A stretch of DNA of 64,000 nt from Eledone cirrhosa (taxonomy: Eukaryota), in the NCBI GenBank assembly GCA_964016885.1, contig OZ024764.1:682001-746000 (forward strand). The letters are read 5' to 3'. This document shows positions 37,501 to 49,700 of this stretch, piece after piece (the stretch's first letter is position 1; the number at the start of each line of letters is the position of its first letter). The translations under genes and the position numbers were made by a program. The notes below the pieces were generated by a model. It did not search any database, was not told where the DNA came from, and saw nothing but the letters and a program-made list of their open reading frames with translations.

Positions 37501-40500
37501 AGTATGTTTTCTTTTATGTCTTTCAGAACCAGCTCAATTTGACTTTCTGTCAAATGAGCTGGCTTTCTTGTTGTGTTGGATATAGTCCTGAAGGTTATGG
37601 TATTCCTATATACCTGTTGATGAACTTCTTCTGGGGAGTTGATTGTAAAAGAACCATCCTCCCCAAAAGATACGTATTTTCTGGCATTTAGCAATTCTGC
37701 TTAGCGTTTGTAATGTCTATGGGCTTGTATTCGATAGCTTTCCTGACCGTTTGGGCAAAAGAAACTTTGCTGTCTTTGTTGCTTTCGCTTCGTTCATTGT
37801 TGCTTTCGCTTCGTTCATTGTTGCTTGTTGTTGGTTTCATCTTTTGTGGTGTTTATTTTCTTGTTATATTTTTCTTCAAAATTTAGGTTTTCACTCGAAT
37901 TAAGTCTTTTTTCCATTCGAGAGGAGGCGTTGTTCAACAGTTTGAATTGTTGTTCCCTCTTTCTCGCTTTTTTTGGTAGGTGTGGCGTTAGCTTGCAATA
38001 TGGCTTCCTCGTTTTCAACGATATCGATAAACATTTTGAATTAAATATTTTTTCGCCCCAAAAGGGGGCGACAATATATTTACCCTACGTCTATAGTCCC
38101 AGACGAGGGGTTAGAGTCAACAATAGTAAAACAATTTAAATGTTACACTCTCAAATAACCAAGTAATGATTCAAAATCGAAGAGCCGATATGTAAGACGT
38201 CTACTATCAAAGACAGACAGGCAGAAAGTTAGATATATTTCTTTATTTACCATAAAGGTATAAAAAGAAGGGACAAATACAAAGAGGGAGTTTACATAAA
38301 ACCGAGTAAAAAGGGTATAAAATGAAAATAATCAAAAACAACCTCAAAAGGGAGGGGTCGTGATGGGGGTTCCCCCCCCCCCCCCCCCCCGCAAAAGTGT
38401 GCAATCCTTTGCCCGGGGAGCACATAGAGAAGGTGCTCCCCTCTCCTTCACTTTTTTACCTACAGGATGGTATACAGAGAAGGCCCATTTACACGAACCA
38501 TTCTCGCCACTATCACCCACCTTTCATAAAACTGCCTGTGGCCAAGCACCTCTCTCTCCATTCTTATCCTTCTTCCGAAGTGATATCGGAAGAAGCAGAC
38601 AAGACTATGGCCAGAGAGGAAGTTGCCTGACCTCAGACCTTTCAATCGTGTCCACCAAACAACCTCTTTCAACATGGCTATTACGCACAGAAAAACCGCC
38701 TTTGCTTCCTTTGTGAAGAGGGGAGGCGGCTTGATTGTTATCACGGACTCGGCGGTCAATCGAATCGGCGCCACCCGCGATAGCAGTCGTTCGGCGTAGC
38801 CCCACAGATCAGCCACGCCCGGACAGTGCACAAATGCCTGCACAACGGTTTCTTCGTGACGCACGCATCTAGGGCAAATGTTTTTCGAGGGATCCCTGCC
38901 TGGGCGCCCGTGTCTGTAGAGCTTTTCTCGAACGGGTAGAGCCCCCCCGATAGCACTGCCAGGCCAGTGACTTCTGGAAGTTGTCCATTGGTCTCGGGCC
39001 GAAAGTCCTACCGAACAGGCTGGCCAGTTCGTCCTTTTCCATGTCCAGCGACTCTCCAAGTGTGTCATCGCCCCTGCTTGCCACCAGCCCTCTATAGAAT
39101 GACGAGGTGGATTCTCCACCGATGGCCGGGCCCGCTTGCCAGAGAGCCCTGAGCGCCTGGGCACACTCAATGTGCTAGTCGCCCAGTTTTCCCGATCTTT
39201 GCTTGACCCAGGACTGCAGCTCGGTGAGCGAGACGAGTCTCGGAAAGGCTCGTCTCACGAACGGAGCCCACACCGGTTGACCAGTGAGGAATACCTGTAG
39301 GTGCCGTAGCCTTAATGCGTGCCTACGCATCATCAACTACGGCATCCCCAGCCCTCCTTTCGAAGGTTGTTGGCAGCAGATGGATCTTCTCACCATAGGA
39401 GGGCGCTTCTTCCAAAGAAATTGAAAGAGCATGCATTCCATGGTGGTGAGTGTTTCCTTAGGGCAAGGCACGACAGTCAGACGGTAGTAGGTGACGGACT
39501 CTATGTAAATGTTCGACACCTCCGCCCGACCTTTCAGGGACAGCTTACACTTGGCCCATTTCTGGGTCAGTGCAAACACCTTGCTCGTAACCTCGCCCCA
39601 GTTCTTTTCCACCTGGAGGTCCGGTCCAAACCAGACCCCAAGCAACTTCACCAGGCCCTCTGTCCAAGCATATTTTTTCGCCGTCGATTCGTTCTTCATA
39701 ATAATGGCCAGGCTTCCATACAGCCTGTCTCTTATGAAAGTGGCTTCATTAAATACTTCTCTAAGTACCGCTTTAATTTCTACTTGTGTTGGTTGTTGCG
39801 GCTTTTTTGAGATGTTGATGGTGCGGAAAACGACCGTCCGACTTTCAATATCTTTGGTGAGTTCTTGGGGCATTTTCCCCTTGAGTTATGAATTGTTTGC
39901 CGTTTTTTATTCTTCGTGCCACATCTGAAATATTTTCAGGTTTCAAATTTTTTTTTTTTTTTGTTAGAATCAATCTCCAGATTTGTGTTTTCGACATTTT
40001 TTTTTCTCCGCAGATTCGTCTGTTTTTATTTTAATTTTTCCTTCCTTCTCTATGACGTTAGTTGGGAAGGAAGGGGGGACTAAAGTGTGCGAGCTTACAA
40101 CTCTTACTGCTGTCCCCCCACCACTATTTTTGTTAGCTTCATTTAACATTTCTCCCAGACGATTGAAATTTTATGCAACAAAATTTTTTTAAAAACATGT
40201 TTTTCACCCCTGGGAGGGGCGAAAATGAGCTGACCCACCGCCTGACAGTTCAGACGGGGGGTCAAGCTACACAATAGTATCAAAATTAAAATTAAACTTA
40301 CAAAATTTCCGCAATAAATTGGAACAAAACTTCTGCGCGAAGTGAATTACGTCTACGCTATCGAACAGACGACAGCTAGTATGATAGACAGCTAGATAGA
40401 TATGTTTCTTTTTATTTGCCACCAGGGCATCAAAAAGTGGGACAAGTACAATGGCTCCACATTCTTAGTCTCTGAGTTCTTCTTCCTTTATACGTGGGGA

Positions 40501-43500
40501 AGAAGGTGTATTGTGGTTACACTATAGGTGCCACCGAGCATTTTTGAGCCAGCATTTCGTCCTTCATTCGGACCATAATGCTGGCATACAGCCTTCCTCT
40601 TTCAATAAAGAGTATGTTTTCTTTTATGTCTTTCAGCACCAGCTCAATTTGACTTTGTCAATTGAGCTGGCTTTCTTGTTGTGTTGGATATAGTCCTGAA
40701 GGTTATGGTATTCCTGTATACCTGTTGGCGAACTTCTTCTGGGGAGTTGATCGTAAAAGAACCATCCTCCCCAAAAATATGTATTTTCTGGCATTTAGCA
40801 AGTTCTGCTTAGCGTTTGTGATGTCTATGGGCTTGTATTCAATAGCTTTCCTGACCGTTTGGGCAAAAGAAATTTTGTTGTCCTCAGTGGACCTCTGTGA
40901 CCTCTGCCAGCGCAGTGGTAACATGAGGGCCTCCTGCCTTCCACCGTAATATTAATAAAGGTTTGCCCATCCAGTAGGACTCGGTCGGGTATTCCGGCGT
41001 TCTCTCAGGTGTCATCTGTAAGAGAACCTCCAGACTTTTCCCCCCGAACAGTCCACTGGTGGACTCCCCTGCTGAAATAAGGACGTCCTTTTCTAGGTCC
41101 GTGAAACCTGTCAGGAAGGACCAGATGTTTACTTCTGGCGTTGAGCTCCACATTCTTAGTCTTTGTGTTCTTCCTTTATACGTGGGGAAGAAGGTGTATT
41201 GTGGTGACACTATAGGTGCCACCGAGCATTTTTGAGCCAGCATTTCGTCCTTCATTCGGACCATAATGCTGGCATACAGCTTTCCTCTTTCAATAAAGAG
41301 TGTCTTTTATGTCTTTCAGAACCAGCCCAATTTGACTTTCTGTCAATTGAGCTGGCTTTCTTGTGTTAGATATAGTCCTGAAGGTTATGATATTCCTATA
41401 TACCTGTTGACGAACTTCTTCTGGGGAGTTGATTGTAAAAGAACCATCCTCCCCAAAAGATACGTATTTTCTGGCATTTAGCAAGTTCTGCTTAGCGTTT
41501 GTAATGTCTATGGGCTTGTATTCAATAGCTTTCCTGACCGTTTGGGCAAAAGAAACTTTGCTGTCTTTGTTGCTTTCGCTTCGTTCATTGTTGCTTGTTG
41601 TTGCAATGTTGTTGGTTTCATCTTTTGTGGTGTTTATTTTCTTGTTATATTTTTCTTCAAAATTTAGGTTTTCACTCGAATTAATATTCTTTTTTTCATT
41701 CGAGAGGAGGGGCTGTTCAACAGTTTGAATTGTTGTTCCCTCTTTCTCTCTTTGTTTGGTAGGCATGGCGTTAGCTTCCAATATGGCTTCCTCGATTTCA
41801 ACGATATCGCTGAACATTTTGAATTAAATATTTTCCACCCCAAAAGGGGTGAAAATATATTTACCCTACGTCTACAGTCCCAGACTAAGGGTTAGAGTCA
41901 ATAATAGAAAAACAATTTAAATAATACACTCACAAATAATCCAAGTAAAGATTCCAAATCAAAGAGCCGATGTGCAAGACGTCTACTATCAAAGACAGAC
42001 AGACAGACAGAAAGTTAGATTGTCTTTCTCGTTTGGTGTGTTGGTTTTGTCATTGTCATTGTTTGTGTTGGAGTTGTAATAAATTGGGTTTGCACCCGTA
42101 TTTAATTGTTTGTCTGGCATATCGCCTTTTACCAAGTCTTTTACAACGTTGGCGCGAGAAAGCAAAACGCTTTGTACCGCTTGCTTCTTTCTCTCTTCTT
42201 CCTTAGTGAGCGTGGCGTTATCATCCACACGTGCTGCAGACATGGCGTCAATTTTTTACCATGTGAGTCATCAAAAAATTTTTGGAGTAGTTAGGGTATA
42301 TCCTATCCATCAATGGGTCAGGCATGTCACCTGTCATGAGAAACTGAGGGGGAACTTCAAAGTCGTGGGTCCTCCGATTGTCCTGTCTGCGATTGGCGAC
42401 ACCATCCCCAATCCTCAAAAGGGGGGCTTTCAAATCAGTGGAAGCCTGATCGACCCCGTTGACCCTCATGTTTGTATTCAACTTGAAAATGTTGAAAGTA
42501 TCCCACGATGGGTGATTTTTTAAAGTAGAAGCGACAATTTGTGGTCGCTCTCCATTAGGAACAACTGGGAGAACTTGTCGCCAATCGCCGGAGAGTAGCA
42601 TGGTGACACCTCCGAAGGTTTTCTTGGATGGTTCCACCCCTCCGCGGACGAATCTTAGAGTTTTATCCAAAAACTCCATCAGGTCCCTACTGAACATGGG
42701 GGCCTCGTCCCAAATAATCGGGTCAAGTTTCGCAAGTTCCTTTGCGAGTTTTGATCCCTTCTGGATACTAATCGCTGTTTTATCTTGAGGATTCAAAGGC
42801 AACTTCATCCTTGAGTGCAAGGTTGTGCCGCCTTTAAGCAATAGTGCCGCAATGCCAGATGAAGCGCAAGCAGTCACCTTGTAACCCTCTGTGAAATTTA
42901 TTTTCAATGTTTTATAAAAGTTCATTGGGACTTTAATCATTTTTAAATGAGGTAGTACCACAGCAGTTATAAAGTTAGGCCCTTCAGTTTGGACCAAAGG
43001 GTTTGATGATTCAGTAGTTCTTTGTTGTCTGTGTTCATGTAAGTATATTGTAAAGTCTTTTTTTATGTAGCAGTTAGTGTTGTGTGACGAGGTTAGAGTC
43101 AATAATAAAAAACAATTCAAATAATGCACTCACAAATATTCCAGATAAAAATTCCAAATCGAAGAGCCGATATGAAAGACGTCTACTATCCTCAGACAGA
43201 CTTGTGCCGCAATGCCAGATGAGGTGCAAGCAGTCACCTTGTAACCCTCACTGGCAACCTTTTCTACTATCGCATTGCCAGTTCCCTCGGGTGCGTCCAC
43301 AAAAAAGTTTTTTCCCGAATTCTGCCTCACCGATTCCAATACGGAGTCATAGTGCGCCCACTGATCAGCATTCAGGGAGTTTTCAACCTCAAAAATGGAC
43401 TCCGAGCTTGCTGTGCTCTCATAAGAAATCCCAATGTTCTGATTCTCGGGCACTCTAACCTCCTCGATTTGCTGGGGAAGGTTGCAAGTATCCATTTTGT

Positions 43501-43560
43501 GCCATAATTTAGCAGGTAAGCGTAAACCTGGTGCCATGCCCTATTGTGTATGATATCCAT

Positions 43561-43712
43561 GCAAAAAAAGCACCCAGCACTCACTGTAAATGAGGTTGGT
43601 GTTAGGAAGGGCATCCAGCTGTAGAAATCAAGCCAAAAATCAGTTCCCGTCCCACCCTTGCAAGCAGGGAAAAAGCGGACGTAAAATGAAATGATGATGA
43701 TGATGATGATGA
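43561..43712 (+). mobile_element. Truncated (GAT)n-tailed SINE at a Helitron deletion
   Basis: Same core as 15945-16030. Ends cggacgtaaaatgaaatgatgatgatgatgatgatga. Confidence 0.85.
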
Positions 43713-46533
43713 CATCAAAAAGAAGCCTCACACGTTCCATGAAACTCCTGCAAATTAGATCAGGCCTAAATTTTGCAGTTTCATCTTTATTATTGCGAGA
43801 TAATTCCTCTATTTCAGGCAGTTTAGGATTGGAGGTCATGGTCACAAAAAGGTCTGGACATCCAAATTCTCTGACCAGTGCCATTGAATCTCGGTACAAT
43901 TTTTTGTACCACTCTGGAGTCCCAGGAGTCGAGTCGGACAGGACGCCGCTGACTCCGACCTCTGCAGGATTTTCACAATCCTTTAGAGTGTCGACCGATT
44001 CAAACCTATATGACCCCTTAATCCTTTGCTGATGCTTAACCTGAAACTGGAAATTAATGTAATCCAGACACATTTTCATGTCTATCGCATACTGGTGCAA
44101 CAGATTACGGCTCAATATAAGAGGGTTGAAAAAATTGTCCCAGACCATTAAATAGTACTTGATATACTGCAACAAAGTTTCTTTATGGCCAGTTTCTGTT
44201 TTCGGGTTCCTACGGCACCACCCATTCTGACCATAATTGAAAATAAGGGGATAGCCCAGAGGTTCATAAAACGGGCTTAGGAAGTCAACATGGACGTATC
44301 CTTCTTTGCCTGCCCGTTTTCTCACTAAAATGACCCTCCCAAGTTCCTTAATATCCTTCTCTTGGTAGAGTCCCGCTATTTCAGACACCGTAGGGAGGAG
44401 ATGAGTTTTATTGGCAGGCAGACAATCCCCTAACACCAGTCTATATTCGGGCATCTGTTCGAGCATTTCGTATCCCATTTTGAAAGTTCTTGATAGAATA
44501 TTCTCATCCGGGATGAAATCATTGAACTTAGCCTGGATATAGTTCAGAATTGCACGGTACCGAGGCTCGAACTCAAATTTTTCCCTCTCGAGTTTTTGGC
44601 TCTCCTTATCAAAGATGTGCACCTGCGCATATCTAGGTCTTTGGCCTGCTTGCGGCTCAAGTGGGACCATCGTTTGATACGAAAACCCAAGAATTTTCAT
44701 ACTCGGCTTCACTTCACCGATTGGAAGCTCAGTACAGTGCATATTACTGAAGGCAAATCCTGTGTTAAGGCACCTTGAGGATTTAGCGAACATTTTTGCA
44801 TATTCGTCATTACCCTCATATAAACTGGCGATTTCCTCCCCTGGGCGTTCAAATTCAGGGAGCTTAACCTTGCCATTCATGCAACACAATCCAGGTGGCT
44901 CTAAGGGCAATTTGTACGCCCTGCAATGCTCACACGGAGTGTCCTTATATTTGAGATGGATTATCTCTGAGTCGAAATCCACCATCTTAAAAAGCAATAC
45001 GGAAGTATTTTGGGTCCTTTTTGAAGGTCCTATTGTAATAGGCCTCAGAGTGCCCAACTTTGTCCTTGTTCAATCTGATTTCCCGTTCTTCGGTAGTCTC
45101 AGATTCACGCAATTCATTCATGCTATTACGAACTTTGCTTAATCTGATTTCCCGTTCTTCGGTATTCTCAGATTGCCAAGTAGCATCTTTATGCTCACCG
45201 TCTTTTTCCTTCCTTATGCCTTTTGAGTCCTTAGACTTGTAGTACAAACAATGTTTGTTAACTTATATGGTTGAAGTTACCTACATTCCGCGGGCTCACA
45301 TACAGACTCCTGACCCCTAGAACACTGCCTATCTTTTCGCTGCTTTTCAAGTCGCTTATTTCTTTGCGACTCGGTTTCAGAGGCCTTTTGAACTTTTCTG
45401 CGTAAAGCTGTTTTCGCAGAGGCTTCGGTGCACTTATGCTGAGCCATATACTCAGCAACTAAAACTGGATCCAAAAAATATTTGGGCTTGCGTTGGGAAT
45501 CTTTTTTCGGTTTTGCAGGCGGCAAAGTTTCATCAGCTGGAGGCGAAACTACCGCAGCTGGCAATACGTCTGCAGTGATTCCAGGCAATTCGTTTCCAGT
45601 TTTAGTTATTTTTGGACTTTTTTGATCTTCCTCAATTATAATTGGCTTTTTATTGCCTTTTATAGTTGGGATTTGAGCTAAAACCGGGTTGGACAGAAAG
45701 GTTGAGGTTTTTCCATAATGATTTTCTTGGAAATTTATCATCAAGGGGTCAGATAGGTGTGCAGCCAGACTTAGTTGATTTAAATTAGAAAGAGTTTTTC
45801 TAATAGGGTCAAAAACAAAAACATTCTCATATAAAATGGAATTCACAACTTCCCTGCGATTTAAAAAATTACACTCCAAAATTTTATTGATATTATAGCA
45901 GCAATCCCTGAAAAATTTTCTGAGCAGATTAATTTGATTCTGAGTGGAAAACTCAAGATTTGTGGGATTAGAATTTAGAACCCATATCAAAGAATATAAA
46001 ATTGCAAAAAGACCACAATCAGTTCCATTAGTCTGCTGCTGCACATTTAGAACCCTGAACCTAAAAACGAAATTTTGGGTCAAGGAAAAAGTTTTGAATC
46101 CATTCAGAATTCCAATTTTTTTCACTGTAGCCCTGTGTCCATCATCAAGATAATATTTAATCCGATCAAAAAAGTCAAAATTTTTTAAGTGAAGACCCGA
46201 ATCTGCCAGCTCAAGCACAGGGAATGAGTCTGCATAACCAAACTTGAAAGTCAAGAAATGGTGACTGTCGCAAATAACGCCAACAGAGGCAGACTCATTA
46301 GAGCCAATAGAATTTTCCCAAAAATAGTATGGGCCAAAGCCGAAAAAAATTTTGTTTGGCAGCTCTAATTGCGCCTTAATTTTATTCAAAAAATTGTATA
46401 CTAACATATTCGAATACCAGGCACTATTGGAATCAACAATAGCAGCGTCCTGAGGGTCATTACAAAACACAAATTCGCGAGAATTAGTGTTTAAGGCTTG
46501 GAAGGTGGTAAAAAAACCCACAAAATCTTCCAT
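43713..46533 (-). mobile_element. Helitron RepHel N-terminal half: Ulp1/C48-like protease, coiled-coil repeats, zinc finger, start of Rep domain (frameshifted)
   Basis: ORF 45277-46533 has HHF...DSG...QQQTNGTDCGLFAI followed by ETESQRNKRL. ORF 44987-45247 has EEREIRL repeats. ORF 43372-45057 has CEHCRAYK...CCMNGKVKLP, PRYAQVHIFD, YEPLGYPLIF..GQNGW and Rep motif I (GCPDLFVTMTSNP...RPDLICR). Confidence 0.92.
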
Positions 46534-46715
46534 TCTTTTTTTTTTTAAATTTATTTTTAATATTTAAATAACTGGCGGTTAGAAAAAAATATTCCTATGA
46601 AATTTTAATCATACCATTAGGTGTGAATAAGGAAATATTTTTTTATTGTCAAAACAAATGTTCAAAAGTTAAACTTCAATTTTTTGAATTATTTCCAATT
46701 TTTTCATGAAATTGA

Positions 46716-49700
46716 AGCCAGCAATAGCCCACCAGAAGTCCATTGTGGGCAGCATTGTCTGTATTTTTACTCTCTGTGTTCTTCTACCCATGTAGGAGGG
46801 ATAGAAGCTGTATGCTGTTGATGAGTGGGCTTAGGGAAAGCCTCTGTGCTGTTTCTTTGTCTTTTGTTAAGACCGAAATGCTGCCATAGAGTCGGTCCTT
46901 TCATATGAAGAGAATATTCTTCATATGGTCTTTTAGGACCAACTCTATCTCCATTTGGCTGGGCTGTGCTGGCTTTCTTGTCTGGTTCAGTATAGTTCTG
47001 AAGAGAACTGTGTTCTCTGTTCTTTCTTTCTTGAATTCTGGGGGGGGGGGGGGGGGGGTTAATAGGCAGTTAGCCTTAACGTGTCCCCTTTCCGTGCATA
47101 AATAGCATGCTGGTCTTCTCCCCTCTACAATTATATCTATTGCTTAGTTAAAAATACCTGGGTGCTGGCAGCAGATGGATCTCCTCACCATGGGAGGCCG
47201 CTTCTTCCAGAGGAACTGGAAGAGCATGCGCTCCATGATGGTGAGCGTTTCCTTGGGGCAAGGCACGACGGTCAGGCGGTAGTAGATGACGGACGCTATG
47301 TAAGTGTTCGTCACCTCCGCCCGACCTTTCAGTGATAGTTTGCACTTGGCCCACTTCTGGGTCAGCGCAAACACCCTGCTCGTCACCTCGCCCCAATTCT
47401 TCTCCACCTGGAGGTCCGGTCTGAGCAGCTTCACCGAGCCCTTCGTCCACCGCCCGACGACACCGTCTAACGGCATCGGTTTGCCCCTCCACGTTCCGAG
47501 TTGCAAACCGACTGACTTGTCCCGGTTCAGCCTAGCCCCCGTCAGCCTTTCGTATTCCTCCAGTAGGGTGGCGATCGCCCCGATTTCCGAGGCGTCTGCC
47601 ACCATTACTGTTACGTCGTCGGCATAGGCCGAGACCGCTTTGTGCAATCCCGGTTCCAGGGGTATGCCCCGCAGCAACTCCAACTTCCGCAGCAGTGGTT
47701 CGAGAGCTAATACGTACAGAAGGGAGGAGAGGGGGCACCCCTGCCTGATGGACCGGGTGATTTGAAACAGCTCCGAGAGGTAGCCGTTTACTTTAACCCT
47801 AGAGCAGGCGTTGCCACTGTGCATGGCAGAAATCCAGCCCCTGAAAACGGGTCCGAAACCCGCCGCCACTAGCACCACATCCAGGTAACCATGGTCGACC
47901 CTATCGAACGCCTTAGATTGATCCAAGTTGATCAGGGCCCCACCAAAGCCGGGTTCGTTCCCAACCCTCTCTATGATGTATCGCATGAGGTGGATGTTGT
48001 CGTGAATGGATGTGGACGGGATAGCGCATGACTGCGTGATGGTGGTGGTGATGTTTGTGTTGTGGTTGGTGGTGGTGGTGTTTGTGTTGTGGTTGGTGGT
48101 GTCTGTATTTTGTTTGCTGTGTGTGGTATTAGTGTATTTTTTGGAGGTGGGTGGTGTTGGTGTACTGTTTGTGGTGGGTGTGGGCAATAGTCCTTTTTGG
48201 AGGATACGTTTCGAGCAGTTAGCCTTAACATGTCCCCTTTCCGTGCATAAATAGCATGCTGGTCTTCTCCCCTCTACAATTATATCTATTGGGGTGAGGT
48301 CATCCAGCCAGATGCGATCCGGGATTTGTGCCACTCTTTCGGGCCTCATTTGGACTAGTAGGTCGAGGCCCATTCCCAGGAACGCATCTCCAGATGCCTT
48401 CCCCATTGACAGCACTGTGTCCTCGCCCATGTCTATGAAGCTAGCAATAGCCCACCAGAAGTCCATTGTGGGCAGCATTGTCTGTATTTTTACTCTCTGT
48501 GTTCTTCTACCCATGTAGGAGGGATAGAAGCTGTATGTTGTTGATGAGAGTGGGCTTAGGGAAAGCTTCTGCGCCGTTTCCTTGTCTTTTGTTAAGACCG
48601 AAATGCTGCCATAGAGTCGGTCCTTTCATATGAAGAGAATATTCTTCATATGGTCTTTTAGGACCAACTCTATCTCCATTTGGCTGGGCTGTGCTGGCTT
48701 TCTTGTCTGGTTCAGTATAGTTCTGAAGAGAACTGTGTTCTCTGTTCTTTCTTTCTTGAATTCTGGGGGGGGGTTAATGGGCAGTTAGCCTTAACGTGTC
48801 CCCTTTCCGTGCATAAATAGCATGCTGGTCTTCTCCCCTCTACAATTATATCTATTGCTTAGTTAAAAATACCTGGGTGCTGGCAGCAGATGGATCTCCT
48901 CACCATGGGAGGCCGCTTCTTCCAGAGGAACCGGAAGAGCATGCGCTCCATGATGGTGAGCGTTTCCTTGGGGCAAGGCACGACGGTCAGGCGGTAGTAG
49001 ATGACGGACGCTATGTAAGTGTTCGTCACCTCCACCTGGCCTTTCAGTGATAGTTTGCACTTGGCCCACTTCTGGGTCAGCGCAAACACCCTGCTCGTCA
49101 CCTCGCCCCAATTCTTCTCCACCTGGAGGTCCGGTCTGAGCAGCTTCACCGAGCCCTTCGTCCACCGCCCGACGACACCGTCTAACGGCATCGGTTTGCC
49201 CCTCCACGTTCCGAGTTGCAAACCGACTGACTTGTCCCGGTTCAGCCTAGCCCCCGTCAGCCTTTCGTATTCCTCCAGTAGGGTGGCGATCGCCCCGATT
49301 TCCGAGGCGTCTGCCACCATTACTGTTACGTCGTCGGCATAGGCCGAGACCGCTTTGTGCAATCCCGGTTCCAGGGGTATGCCCCGCAGCAACTCCAACT
49401 TCCGCAGCAGTGGTTCGAGAGCTAATACGTACAGAAGGGAGGAGAGGGGGCACCCATGCCTAATGGACCGGGTGATTTGAAACAGCTCCGAGAGGTAGCC
49501 GTTTACTTTAACCCTAGAGCAGGCGTTGCCACTGTGCATGGCAGAAATCCAGCCCCTGAAAACGGGTCCGAAACCCGCCGCCACTAGCACCACATCCAGG
49601 TAACCATGGTCGACCCTATCGAACGCCTTAGATTGATCCAAGTTGATCAGGGCCCCACCAAAGCCGGGTTCGTTCCCAACCCTCTCTATGATGTATCGCA

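Larger units (their letters stand above)
27115..43558. repeat. Large tandem segmental duplication: unit 1 27115-34743, unit 2 34744-43090, partial unit 3 43091-43558
   Basis: Near-identical ORFs recur at offsets of ~7.63-7.65 kb (27154/34783, 29401/37056, 30806/38460) and ~8.35 kb (33641/41989, 34783/43130). Unit 2 has an extra ~0.7-kb ORF1 duplication at ~40455-41145. Confidence 0.95.

Noticed and set aside
42248-43129. Host PIF1 helicase gene
   Set aside because: The N-terminal third is Tx1 sequence, Walker A is missing, and the motifs are Helitron-type. It is a chimeric fragment.
43372-45057. 561-aa ORF as an intact gene
   Set aside because: It reads through an antisense SINE and a deletion, lacks Rep motifs II/III and the helicase, and its start is frameshifted from the upstream ORFs.
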